From Trichlorobacter sp. (lineage in GTDB: Bacteria; Desulfobacterota; Desulfuromonadia; Geobacterales; Pseudopelobacteraceae), in the NCBI RefSeq assembly GCF_030247655.1, contig NZ_JAOTRZ010000018.1, forward strand, positions 3,771 to 27,770: a DNA stretch of 24,000 bases. The letters run 5' to 3'. The notes below the pieces were generated by a model. That model saw only the letters and a list, made by a program, of their open reading frames with translations, had not been told where the DNA came from and made no database searches. Both the position numbers and the translations under genes were made by a program. Positions 15,225-24,000 of this stretch are shown piece after piece (the stretch's first letter is position 1; every line of letters starts with the position of its first letter).

Positions 15225-18200
15225 ATGAAAACTATCGGAGTACCCAAAAAACAGGGACTGTACGATCCCCGGTTTGAGCATGATGCCTGTGGCGTTGGTT
15301 TTGTAGCCAATATCAAGGGCGCAAAGTCCCATGATATCGTGCAGCAGGCCCTGACTATCCTGGCCAATCTGGATCACCGCGGCGCGGTCGGTTGCGAGCA
15401 TAATACCGGTGACGGCGCCGGTATCCTGCTGCAGATGCCGGACAGCTTCCTGCGCAAGGTCTGTGCTCCCCTGAATATTGAACTGCCTGAACAGGGCACG
15501 TATGGCGTTGCCATGGTCTTTACCTCTCCTGAGGCCACTGAGCGTAACAGCGCCCGTCATATCCTTGAGCGGATCCTGCATGAGGAACAGCTGCAGATTA
15601 TCGGCTGGCGCGATGTGCCCACTGACAACTCGTCGCTGGGAAATACCGCTAAGGCCGGTGAGCCGCTGGTGCGTCAACTGTTCCTGAAGCCGGTTGATGA
15701 AAGCCTTGATGAGGCCGCCTTCAATCGCAAGCTGTATATCGTCAACCAGCGTGCCATCCATGAGATCCGTGACCCGGAAGTGGATAACCACTGGTATGTC
15801 TCCAGTATCTCCACCCGTACCATCATCTACAAAGGGATGCTGATGCCGGTGCAGGTGGATCAGTATTTCCCTGATCTGCGTGACCAGGATATGGTCTCGG
15901 CCCTGGCCCTGGTCCATTCACGTTTCTCCACCAATACCTTCCCCAGTTGGGAACGGGCCCACCCTTACCACCTGATGGCCCACAACGGCGAGATCAACAC
16001 CCTGCGGGGCAACGTCAACTGGATGCATGCCCGCCAGTCGCTGCTCAACAGTGAGCTGTTTGGTGATGACCTTGCCAAGGCGCTGCCGATCATCAATACC
16101 AATGGTTCTGACTCGGCCATGTTTGATAACTGCCTTGAACTACTTGCAATGTCGGGTTATTCGCTGCCCCACGCCGTGATGATGATGGTGCCGGAACCGT
16201 GGGAAAACCACGAAGGGATGAACGACGAGAAACGTGCCTTTTACGAGTACCATTCCTGTCTGATGGAACCGTGGGATGGTCCTGCTGCGGTCTGTTTTAC
16301 CGATGGTCGCAGTATCGGTGCTGTGCTGGACCGGAATGGTCTGCGTCCCTGCCGCTACTACATCACCACTGATGATCGGGTGATCATGGCCTCTGAGGCC
16401 GGTGTGCTGCCGGTTGCGCCTGAGCAGATCGTGAAGAAGGGTCGTCTGCAGCCGGGCAAGATGTTCCTGATCGATACTGAGCAGGGCCGGATTGTGCCGG
16501 ACGAGGAAATCAAGCAGGAGTTGGCAGCGGCCAGGCCTTACGGAGCGTGGCTGAAGGAGAATCACCTGTTGCTGCAGGATCTGCCGGAGGCAGCGATGCA
16601 GGAGCCGGATCACGAAACCGTACTGCAGCGTCAGCAGGCCTTTGGTTATACCTTTGAGGATCAACGGGTCATTCTTGGTCCCATGGCTACGGATGGCGTT
16701 CAGCCGCTGGGCTCCATGGGCACTGATACGCCGCTGGCGGTGCTTTCTGATCAGTCCCAGTTACTCTATAACTACTTCAAGCAGCTGTTTGCCCAGGTGA
16801 CCAACCCGCCGATCGATCCGATCCGCGAAGAGCTTATCACCTCTACGACTACGTTGATCGGCTCGGAAGGTAACCTGCTCAAACCGGCTGCAGCCAGCGC
16901 ACGTCGCATAAAATTGGAGCAACCGATCCTTTCCAACGAAGAGTTTGAAAAGCTGCGTTCCCTGGATCGCCCCGGCTTTAAGACCACCACCCTGACCCTG
17001 CTGTTCAAGGCAGCCGATGGTGCCGATGGGATGGAGAAGGCGCTGGAAAGCCTGTTTAGCGCTGCCATCCGCCACATTGAGGCAGGTACCACCATCCTGG
17101 TGCTGTCCGACCGCGGTGTGAATGAGGAGTTCGCTGCAATTCCTGCCCTGCTGGCGGTTTCAGGCCTGCATCACTTCCTGATCCGTAACGCAACCCGTAC
17201 CCGGGTTTCGTTGGTGCTGGAGTCAGGCGAGCCCCGCGAGGTACATCACTTTGCGGTGCTGCTGGGCTATGGCGTAACTGCCATCAACCCTTATCTGGCC
17301 TTTGAGTCCCTGGACGATATGATCAAACAGGGAATGCTGCCGGGACTTGACCATAAGAAAGCGGTCAAGAACTTCATCAAGGCCTCCATCAAAGGGGTGG
17401 TCAAGACCATGGCCAAGATGGGGATCTCTACGGTGCAGAGCTACCGTGGTGCCCAGATCTTTGAGGCGGTTGGTCTGCACCAGTCGGTGATTGACAAGTA
17501 CTTTACCTGGACCCCGTCCCGGATCGGCGGCACCAATCTGAGCGGGATCGCCACCGAACTGCTGGCGCGCCACGCCAAGGCCTACCCCAAGCGTGTGGCC
17601 GCAGATCCGACCCTTGATCCGGGTGGCCAGTACCAGTGGCGCAAGGATGGAGAAGAACACCTCTTTAATCCGTTGACCATCACCTCATTGCAGAAGGCGA
17701 CCCGCACGGGCGACTATCAGGAGTTCAAGGTCTTTTCAAACCTGATTGACGAGCAGAGTGAGCGTCACTACACCCTGCGCGGCCTGCTTGATTTCAAGAA
17801 CCGCGTACCGGTGCCGCTGGACGAGGTTGAGTCAGTGGAAGAGATCGTAAAACGTTTCAAGACCGGCGCCATGTCCTACGGCTCCATCAGCCAGGAGGCC
17901 CATGAGGCGCTGGCCATCGCCATGAACCGGATCGGTGGCCGCTCCAACACCGGTGAAGGTGGCGAAGACCCTGCCCGCTTTACCTGGACCAATGAGCTGG
18001 GTGATTCGAAAAACAGCAATATCAAACAGGTGGCTTCCGGTCGTTTTGGTGTGACCAGTGAGTATCTGACCAATGCCGGTGAGCTGCAGATTAAACTGGC
18101 CCAGGGAGCCAAGCCGGGCGAGGGTGGCGAGCTGCCCGGTCATAAGGTCTATCCCTGGGTTGCCAAGACCCGTCACACCACCCCCGGTGTCGGGCTGGTA

Positions 18201-19802
18201 TCGCCGCCGCCACACCATGATATCTATTCCATTGAGGATCTGGCTGAACTGATCCACGATCTGAAGAACGCCAACCGTCGTGCCCGGATCAGCGTTAAGC
18301 TGGTCTCCGAGGTGGGGGTTGGTACCATCGCTGCCGGTGTGGCCAAGGCCCATGCCGATGTAGTGCTGATCAGCGGGTATGATGGCGGTACCGGTGCATC
18401 GCCGATCTCCAGTATCAAACATGCCGGTCTGCCCTGGGAATTGGGGTTGGCCGAGACCCATCAGACCCTGATGCTGAACAACCTGCGCAGCCGGATTATT
18501 GTTGAGGTTGATGGCCAGTTAAAGACCGGCCGTGACGTCGTAATCGGGGCCCTGCTGGGGGCGGAGGAGTTTGGTTTTGCCACCGCACCGCTGGTCACCC
18601 TGGGCTGCGTTATGATGAGGGTCTGCCACAGCAATACCTGTCCGGCCGGCGTGGCCACCCAGGACCCTGAGCTGCGGAAGCGGTTCAGCGGCAAGCCGGA
18701 GTATGTGGTCAACTTTATGCGTTTTGTGGCCATGGAAGTGCGTGAGATCATGGCGCAGCTCGGCTTCCGCACCTTTAACGAGATGGTGGGGCGTGCCAAT
18801 GTGCTGGAGCCCAAAAAAGCGGTGGCCCACTGGAAGGCACAGGGGCTGGACTTCAGCAACATTCTTTATACTCCTGACATGGGGATCGGTGCGGTCAGCT
18901 ACTGCACCGAGGCTCAGGACCACGGGCTGGAGAAGTGTATCGACCTGTCAAAGCTGCTGGAGATCTGCAAACCGGCCATTGAAAAGGGTGAAAAGGTGAC
19001 TGCTGAGCTGTCGATCACCAATATTGACCGGGTTGTCGGTACTATTATCGGCAACGAGATTACCCGTAACCATGGTGCTGCAGGTCTGCCGGAAGGTACG
19101 GTAAAGCTGCGCTTTAACGGTTCAGCCGGTCAGAGCTTTGGTGCCTTCATGCCAAAGGGAATGACCCTTGAACTGTCCGGTGATGCCAATGACTATCTGG
19201 GTAAGGGACTTTCCGGCGGTAGTATTGTGGTGTACCCACCTGCCGGTTCCAGCTTTGCGGCAGAAGAAAACATTATTGCCGGCAACGTGGCCTTCTACGG
19301 TGCCACCAGCGGTACGGCCTATATCCGCGGTATGGCTGGCGAGCGATTCTGTGTACGTAACTCCGGTGTTAATGCGGTGGTTGAAGGGGTAGGTGACCAC
19401 GGTTGCGAATATATGACCGGCGGTACGGTGGTGGTGCTTGGGGCAACCGGGCGCAACTTTGCTGCCGGTATGAGCGGCGGTATCGCCTATGTGCTGGATG
19501 AAAAAGGCGATTTTGCCGGTCATTGCAACACCCAGATGGTTGCTCTGGAACAGCTTGATGAGCAGGATGTGGCGACCTTGAAAGAGATGCTCAGTAATCA
19601 TAAGGAGCGGACCGGCAGTACCAGGGCAGCGGCGGTGCTGGCTGACTGGAACAGCTATCTACCCAGGTTTGTCAAGGTGATGCCGATGGATTACAAGCGG
19701 GTGTTGCAGGCGTTGGAGCGGGCCAAGGCAGCCGGTTTGAGCGGTGATGATGCACTAACCGCCGCGTTTGAAGAAAACTGGCATGAGGCAGCAGCGCACT
19801 AG
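15225..19802 (+). CDS. gltB: Glutamate synthase (GOGAT) large subunit
   Basis: [26 protein letters not shown] carries the Ntn-amidotransferase Cys after a short propeptide. The FMN/3Fe-4S central domain and the C-terminal GXGXG beta-helix ([25 protein letters not shown]) follow. The track's TTG start at 15126 adds 33 implausible residues. Confidence 0.95.
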   Translation: MKTIGVPKKQGLYDPRFEHDACGVGFVANIKGAKSHDIVQQALTILANLDHRGAVGCEHNTGDGAGILLQMPDSFLRKVCAPLNIELPEQGTYGVAMVFTSPEATERNSARHILERILHEEQLQIIGWRDVPTDNSSLGNTAKAGEPLVRQLFLKPVDESLDEAAFNRKLYIVNQRAIHEIRDPEVDNHWYVSSISTRTIIYKGMLMPVQVDQYFPDLRDQDMVSALALVHSRFSTNTFPSWERAHPYHLMAHNGEINTLRGNVNWMHARQSLLNSELFGDDLAKALPIINTNGSDSAMFDNCLELLAMSGYSLPHAVMMMVPEPWENHEGMNDEKRAFYEYHSCLMEPWDGPAAVCFTDGRSIGAVLDRNGLRPCRYYITTDDRVIMASEAGVLPVAPEQIVKKGRLQPGKMFLIDTEQGRIVPDEEIKQELAAARPYGAWLKENHLLLQDLPEAAMQEPDHETVLQRQQAFGYTFEDQRVILGPMATDGVQPLGSMGTDTPLAVLSDQSQLLYNYFKQLFAQVTNPPIDPIREELITSTTTLIGSEGNLLKPAAASARRIKLEQPILSNEEFEKLRSLDRPGFKTTTLTLLFKAADGADGMEKALESLFSAAIRHIEAGTTILVLSDRGVNEEFAAIPALLAVSGLHHFLIRNATRTRVSLVLESGEPREVHHFAVLLGYGVTAINPYLAFESLDDMIKQGMLPGLDHKKAVKNFIKASIKGVVKTMAKMGISTVQSYRGAQIFEAVGLHQSVIDKYFTWTPSRIGGTNLSGIATELLARHAKAYPKRVAADPTLDPGGQYQWRKDGEEHLFNPLTITSLQKATRTGDYQEFKVFSNLIDEQSERHYTLRGLLDFKNRVPVPLDEVESVEEIVKRFKTGAMSYGSISQEAHEALAIAMNRIGGRSNTGEGGEDPARFTWTNELGDSKNSNIKQVASGRFGVTSEYLTNAGELQIKLAQGAKPGEGGELPGHKVYPWVAKTRHTTPGVGLVSPPPHHDIYSIEDLAELIHDLKNANRRARISVKLVSEVGVGTIAAGVAKAHADVVLISGYDGGTGASPISSIKHAGLPWELGLAETHQTLMLNNLRSRIIVEVDGQLKTGRDVVIGALLGAEEFGFATAPLVTLGCVMMRVCHSNTCPAGVATQDPELRKRFSGKPEYVVNFMRFVAMEVREIMAQLGFRTFNEMVGRANVLEPKKAVAHWKAQGLDFSNILYTPDMGIGAVSYCTEAQDHGLEKCIDLSKLLEICKPAIEKGEKVTAELSITNIDRVVGTIIGNEITRNHGAAGLPEGTVKLRFNGSAGQSFGAFMPKGMTLELSGDANDYLGKGLSGGSIVVYPPAGSSFAAEENIIAGNVAFYGATSGTAYIRGMAGERFCVRNSGVNAVVEGVGDHGCEYMTGGTVVVLGATGRNFAAGMSGGIAYVLDEKGDFAGHCNTQMVALEQLDEQDVATLKEMLSNHKERTGSTRAAAVLADWNSYLPRFVKVMPMDYKRVLQALERAKAAGLSGDDALTAAFEENWHEAAAH

Positions 19803-19874
19803 CAGGATGCAATCGGCTGATTATCGTATCTGATACTAACAATTTTGATTCTTTGCTTCTGATAGGACACGACC

Positions 19875-21356
19875 ATGGGAAAACCAACCGGATTTATGGA
19901 ATACTGCCGTGAAATACCGGCAGACCGCGAACCGCTTGAGCGTATCAACGACTGGAACGAGTTCCACCTGCATATGTCGGAGGAAGGGCTGCGTACCCAG
20001 GGAGCACGCTGCATGGATTGCGGCATCCCGTTCTGCCATACCGGCACGCTGCTTTCTGGCATGGCCAGCGGCTGCCCGATCAATAACCTGATCCCGGAGT
20101 GGAACGACTTGATCTACCGCGGCCTCTGGCGTCAGGCTCTGGAACGTCTACACCGCACTAATAATTTCCCTGAGTTTACTGGCCGGGTCTGTCCAGCCCC
20201 CTGCGAAGGTTCCTGTACCCTGGGGATGATTGACCCCGCCGTTACGATCAAGAATATTGAGGTCAGCATTGTTGAGCGTGGCTGGCAGGAGGGCTGGATT
20301 GTTCCTAATCCGCCCAAGGTTCGCACCGGTAAAAAGGTGGCGGTGGTAGGTTCCGGTCCTGCCGGTCTGTCTGCTGCTGCTCAATTGAACAAGGCCGGTC
20401 ACACGGTTACCGTGTTTGAACGTGCTGATCTGCCTGGTGGCCTGTTGATGTACGGCATCCCTAACATGAAGCTGGACAAGCGTGAGGTGGTACTGCGCCG
20501 GGTCAAGCTGCTGGAACTGGAAGGGATCAACTTCGTCTGCAATACCGCCATCGGTGGCAGCGACTATCCGGTTGAGAAGCTGCGGGGTGAGTTTGATGCC
20601 GTGGTGCTGGCTACCGGTGCAACCCTGCCCCGTGACCTGCCGATTGAGGGACGTGGCCTGAACGGGGTTCATTTAGCCATGGATTTTCTGGCGGCTAACA
20701 CCAAGGCTGTGCTGAATCCCGGCACTGATGTTATCTCTGCCAAGGGTAAGGATGTGATCATCATCGGCGGCGGTGATACCGGCACCGACTGTGTGGCAAC
20801 TTCATTGCGCCATGGCTGTAATTCGGTGGTCCAGCTGGAGATTATGCCGCAATCACCTGAACAGCGCGCTGCGGATAACCCCTGGCCGGAATGGCCCAAG
20901 ATCCACAAAGTGGATTATGGTCAGGAAGAGGCTGCTGCTAGGTATGGTGCTGACCCCCGTACCTACCTGACCACCGCCACCAGGTTTGAAGGGGACGCTG
21001 CCGGTAATCTGACCGCTGTTCACACCGTGCAGGTCGCCTGGAGCAAAAATGAAAAGGGGCAGTTTGTGCCAACCCCGGTACCTGGCACTGAGCAGGTGCG
21101 TCCTGCCGGTCTGGTGCTGCTGGCCATGGGCTTCCTGGGTCCGGAACAGCCACTGCTGGATGCTCTGGGTGTTGAGCGGGACCCCCGCAGCAACATCAAG
21201 GCAGAGTATGAGTGTTATGCTACGAGCATCCCTGGCGTCTTTGCTGCCGGCGACTGTCGTCGTGGCCAGAGTCTGGTGGTCTGGGCTTTTAATGAAGGCC
21301 GTGGCGCTGCACGGGAGTGTGATCGTTACCTGATGGGTGGGACAGAGCTGCCCTAA
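19875..21356 (+). CDS. gltD: Glutamate synthase small subunit (NAD(P)H-dependent)
   Basis: Fe-S Cys clusters are [11 protein letters not shown] and CPAPCEGSC. The FAD/NAD Rossmann motifs are [14 protein letters not shown] and [13 protein letters not shown], followed by [15 protein letters not shown]. Confidence 0.93.
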   Translation: MGKPTGFMEYCREIPADREPLERINDWNEFHLHMSEEGLRTQGARCMDCGIPFCHTGTLLSGMASGCPINNLIPEWNDLIYRGLWRQALERLHRTNNFPEFTGRVCPAPCEGSCTLGMIDPAVTIKNIEVSIVERGWQEGWIVPNPPKVRTGKKVAVVGSGPAGLSAAAQLNKAGHTVTVFERADLPGGLLMYGIPNMKLDKREVVLRRVKLLELEGINFVCNTAIGGSDYPVEKLRGEFDAVVLATGATLPRDLPIEGRGLNGVHLAMDFLAANTKAVLNPGTDVISAKGKDVIIIGGGDTGTDCVATSLRHGCNSVVQLEIMPQSPEQRAADNPWPEWPKIHKVDYGQEEAAARYGADPRTYLTTATRFEGDAAGNLTAVHTVQVAWSKNEKGQFVPTPVPGTEQVRPAGLVLLAMGFLGPEQPLLDALGVERDPRSNIKAEYECYATSIPGVFAAGDCRRGQSLVVWAFNEGRGAARECDRYLMGGTELP

Positions 21357-21382
21357 AAATCAACAGCACCGTTTAGTTTGCC

Positions 21383-21413
21383 AGAAGGCCGGGAATACTC
21401 CCGGCCTTCTTTG
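21383..21413 (+). terminator. Rho-independent terminator after gltD
   Basis: AGAAGGCCGGGA-atac-TCCCGGCCTTCT is a perfect 12-bp stem followed by TTGTT. Confidence 0.85.
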
Positions 21414-21519
21414 TTATGCACTGCAACGATGCCGGGTTGTATTTCAGCGCAAAGCTGGTACGCTACGCTACAACATCAGTATTCTTTGTTTATCTGCCAT
21501 ACAAAGGGAGCATCCATCA

Positions 21520-22461
21520 ATGCACTACACTTCTTCCTTTCTGAGCCTGCTGCTCACCATCATTATGTTGCTAACTGCAGTGCTGCCGTCACAGGCAGAC
21601 AATTTTACTGCCGATGTCGGCGCGGGCATGCTGGTTATCAGCAAGTCAGACAACCTGTGGGGGCGGGGCAAATCATCCATTACCAGCCTGGGGGACAGCC
21701 CGCAAAGCCAGACCGTTGTCATGGCAATACCAGCACTGCTGCTGCGCTATCGTCAGGACTCCCTGAAAAACACCTGGTTTGCTGGTGCCACAGAAGAGGA
21801 CTACGGTCGGGTGGCAATCGGGGTTAAACATGATCTGGAAAAGGGGGCGGTTGAGGCAGCCCTGTTCTACTCATTCATGGGCAGTGAATGGGAAGACCCC
21901 TACACGCTTAACAGAAATTCTACCAGTGTACAAAATTTCGGTCTCCGGGCCGGTTGGGAAAAAATCACAGGAAGCCCTTTCTCCGTGCACTACACCGTTT
22001 CAGCAAAACTGGTGAATAATGATCTAAGCGGAGAACGTTACTCTGCTCTGAAGCGGGACGGCACAAAGCACCGTCTGGGGATCACCTATACGCTCAAGCT
22101 GACCGAGACTCTTACGCTTACTCCTTCGCTGGCTTTTGAACGGGAAATCGCAGAAGGGGCTGCAAACCGTTACAGCTCTCCCATCGGGGCGGTGTCTCTT
22201 GTCTGGCGGCTGCAGGACCTGACCTGGATCAACAGGGTTTCAGGGGCCTACGCCTTCCATGACAGCGTTAATCCGGTTTTTGGCAAAACCCTGAAGGAGC
22301 CGGGCTATAGCGCGACCTCCCTCGTCCTGTGGAAGAATCCCTTTGACTTCAAAAAATACTGGCTGACCGCCGGCACCGTCTACGGGCAGACCATTCCCAA
22401 CATCACCTTTTTTGAAAAACGCTCAAACTACTTCTTTCTGCTGGGAGGATATTCGTTTTAA
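21520..22461 (+). CDS. Outer-membrane beta-barrel protein with signal peptide (possibly MipA/OmpV-like; family not certain)
   Basis: ATG 21520 has AAAGGGAG 9 nt upstream. The signal peptide is MHYTSSFLSLLLTIIMLLTAVLPSQA|DNF. Amphipathic strands alternate, and the protein ends LLGGYSF. The track's start at 21337 overlaps gltD and the terminator, so I rejected it. Confidence 0.6.
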   Translation: MHYTSSFLSLLLTIIMLLTAVLPSQADNFTADVGAGMLVISKSDNLWGRGKSSITSLGDSPQSQTVVMAIPALLLRYRQDSLKNTWFAGATEEDYGRVAIGVKHDLEKGAVEAALFYSFMGSEWEDPYTLNRNSTSVQNFGLRAGWEKITGSPFSVHYTVSAKLVNNDLSGERYSALKRDGTKHRLGITYTLKLTETLTLTPSLAFEREIAEGAANRYSSPIGAVSLVWRLQDLTWINRVSGAYAFHDSVNPVFGKTLKEPGYSATSLVLWKNPFDFKKYWLTAGTVYGQTIPNITFFEKRSNYFFLLGGYSF

Positions 22462-22536
22462 GTTTGATTGGCACCTTTGCAGGATTAAACGGTACACTAT
22501 GAAAAACATGTGCAACACACAGAGGGGAAATAAACC

Positions 22537-22908
22537 ATGAATCTTGCCGAATTATTTGCCAATCCAGGTCTGGGTGTGATCTCCACATCATCCTCTGACG
22601 GTCGCGTCAACAGCGCAGTCTATGCCCGCCCGCACGTCATCGATGAAACAACTCTGGTCTGGGGCATGACCGACAAACGCACCTATCAGAACCTGACCCG
22701 CAACCGCCATGCCGCATTTTTGTTCAAAACCAACCAGCCCGGCTTCAACGGTGTGCGGCTGGCCCTGGAACTGATCAGGACCGAAGAAAAGGGAGAACTG
22801 CTGGCGACGATCAAGGAGAATGCCGAAGAGATCGTCGGCCCGGGGGCTGGCGCGTCTGTTACCCATGCAGCCTGGTTTAAGGTGGTGGAAGTACGAAGTC
22901 TGATCTGA
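22537..22908 (+). CDS. Pyridoxamine 5'-phosphate oxidase-like FMN-binding split-barrel protein
   Basis: The 123-aa protein reads GVISTSSSDGRVNSAVYARPHV...RNRHAAFLF.... This pattern and size are typical of the small PNPOx-like family. The RBS is GAGGGG. Confidence 0.65.
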   Translation: MNLAELFANPGLGVISTSSSDGRVNSAVYARPHVIDETTLVWGMTDKRTYQNLTRNRHAAFLFKTNQPGFNGVRLALELIRTEEKGELLATIKENAEEIVGPGAGASVTHAAWFKVVEVRSLI

Positions 22909-23023
22909 TTATTGCACTCTTGAGAGGGGAAAGAACGTCTTCCTTTGTACTCCACAAAAGCTCTAGGTAGCAAATTTTACATCTGAATTTCGCGTGTCGG
23001 AAAAAAGTGAGGCGGAGTGGTTG

Positions 23024-23644
23024 ATGAAGAATGTTTATCTGATAATCTGTTCAATGCTGATTCTACTGACAGGAACAATGGATGGTATGGCAACGGAAGA
23101 AGCTCCTTACAAGGTCTTGAAAAACGACGGCATTTTTGAACTACGGGAATATGAGCCGCAGATTCTGGCGGAAATCATTGTCGACGGAGATGTTGAGGAT
23201 GTCGGCAACACAGCATTCAGACCGTTGTTCAGGTATATCTCGGGCGATAATCGTTCGCGGAGCAAAATTTCCATGACCGCTCCGGTATCCCAGGAGACCA
23301 AAGGCGAAAAAATTTCTATGACTGCGCCGGTGAGTCAGGAGAAGGTGAAGGGGAAATGGGCTGTCAGCTTCATGATGCCGGCTTCGTACACCATGGAAAC
23401 CATCCCTGTCCCTGATAATCCGGCCATAAAGCTGCGCCAGGTACCGACCCGCACTGTTGCTGCAGTCCGTTATTCCGGTTTCTGGAGCGAAGAAAAGTAT
23501 TTGCTGCACAAGGAAAAACTGGAAGCGTGGTTGCGGGACAATAAACTTACAGCTGCTGGCGAAGCGGTCTGGGCTCGCTACAATCCACCCTTTACCCTTT
23601 GGTTTTTTTTTTGTAACGAAATTTTGATTCCGGTGGGGCACTAA
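23024..23644 (+). CDS. SOUL/HEBP-family heme-binding-like protein with signal peptide
   Basis: YKVLKNDGIFELREYEP, a duplicated KISMTAPVSQE, WAVSFMMP, VAAVRYSGFWSEE and RYNPPFTLWFFFCNEILIPV follow the SOUL-family order. GGAG lies 8 nt upstream of ATG 23024. The track's GTG at 22994 is less likely. Confidence 0.8.
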   Translation: MKNVYLIICSMLILLTGTMDGMATEEAPYKVLKNDGIFELREYEPQILAEIIVDGDVEDVGNTAFRPLFRYISGDNRSRSKISMTAPVSQETKGEKISMTAPVSQEKVKGKWAVSFMMPASYTMETIPVPDNPAIKLRQVPTRTVAAVRYSGFWSEEKYLLHKEKLEAWLRDNKLTAAGEAVWARYNPPFTLWFFFCNEILIPVGH

Positions 23645-23715
23645 TCTGAAAGAAAGGTCATCTGACATGCCTCATCAGAGCATGGACGCTTTGACCCGGA
23701 AAAGGAGAAACAGAG

Positions 23716-24000
23716 ATGACAACTGATGGAAAACCGTGGAGTCCCTATCTGGCAGGTGCACTGGCCGGTCTGGTCAGTATTGGTTCAGTATGGTTTGCAG
23801 GCAAGTACTTTGGTGCCTCAACCACCTTTGTAAAGACCGCCGGGATGTTGGAACAGCTCTTCAGCCCTGAACGGGTAGCGCAGATGGAGTATTTTATCAA
23901 GGAAGTACCCAAGGTGGACTGGCAAGGCATGTTTCTGGTCGGAATCTTTGGTGGTGCCTTGATCGCCTCCCTGACAGACGGATCCTTCCGTTTACAAAAA
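23716..24000 (+). CDS. YeeE/YedE-family (sulfur-transport-like) membrane protein, 3'-partial
   Basis: This gene is not in the ORF track because it has no stop in the window. AAAGGAG lies 8 nt upstream of ATG 23716. The frame is open to nt 24000 and reads MTTDGKPWSPYLAGALAGLVSIGSVWFAGKYFGASTTFVKTAGM...WQGMFLVGIFGGALIASL. The W-x-PYL-x-G and GAST pattern is typical of YeeE/YedE. Confidence 0.65.
   Translation, partial: MTTDGKPWSPYLAGALAGLVSIGSVWFAGKYFGASTTFVKTAGMLEQLFSPERVAQMEYFIKEVPKVDWQGMFLVGIFGGALIASLTDGSFRLQK

Noticed and set aside
15201-19887. Multiple 60-240-aa minus-strand and off-frame ORFs within gltB (for example 15201-15917, 16140-16664 and 17832-18461)
   Set aside because: All are embedded in the 1525-codon gltB reading frame, whose homology is unambiguous. 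None has start signals or recognisable domains.
21337-21519. N-terminal extension of the outer-membrane protein ORF (track start 21337)
   Set aside because: The extension overlaps the 3' end of gltD and runs straight through the perfect gltD terminator hairpin. A good RBS and signal peptide begin at ATG 21520.
22469-22480. TGGCACCTTTGC upstream of the PNPOx-like gene as a sigma-54 promoter
   Set aside because: The GG and GC dinucleotides are 3 nt too close. GC falls at positions 11-12 instead of 14-15 relative to the T of TGGCAC. Sigma-54 promoters do not tolerate this spacing change.
1-24000. Search by eye for CRISPR arrays, rRNA or tRNA genes, toxin-antitoxin pairs, integrases or recombinases, retron- or defence-type gene sets
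   Set aside because: I saw no regularly spaced direct repeats, no tRNA-like T-arm (GGTTCGAATCC-type) motifs, no integrase or reverse-transcriptase-like ORFs and no small overlapping gene pairs of TA type. This was visual inspection only. A cmscan/tRNAscan run and an HMM-based defence-system scan are needed to exclude them formally.

Overview
This window looks like a chromosomal, mostly housekeeping segment. GC is about 55% by eye. The protein repertoire resembles a Geobacter/Desulfuromonas-type bacterium, but that is inference from remembered family motifs only, since no search was possible.

I can support 23 coding regions:
- a 5'-partial porin with a coiled-coil N-terminal region
- a dCache hybrid histidine kinase whose receiver domain is split by a frame break (two coding pieces)
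- a DUF1456/YehS-like gene
- a solitary DAP-decarboxylase-like PLP enzyme
- TrmO/TsaA
- a PpiC-SseB-like fusion
- DUF1653, DUF445, GNAT and MscS genes
- two small ORFs, one of them a 34-aa Lys-rich peptide
- a same-strand string of dbpA, srkA, an orphan SagB-type dehydrogenase and a GreA/GreB-like gene
- gltB-gltD, with a candidate sigma-54 promoter
- an outer-membrane beta-barrel protein, a PNPOx-like protein and a SOUL/HEBP-like protein
- a 3'-partial YeeE/YedE gene that is missing from the ORF track because it has no stop in the window

Several clean rho-independent terminators separate the units. I saw no rRNA, tRNA, CRISPR array, intact IS, or recognisable defence, secretion or biosynthetic cluster.

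The only trace of mobile DNA or decay is at 3.2-3.9 kb. It consists of the kinase frame break, a ~154-bp element with long terminal inverted repeats, and a ~40-codon IS3-family OrfA remnant that abuts the next gene.

I did not find a convincing novel multi-gene system. The findings are individually modest oddities and are scored that way.
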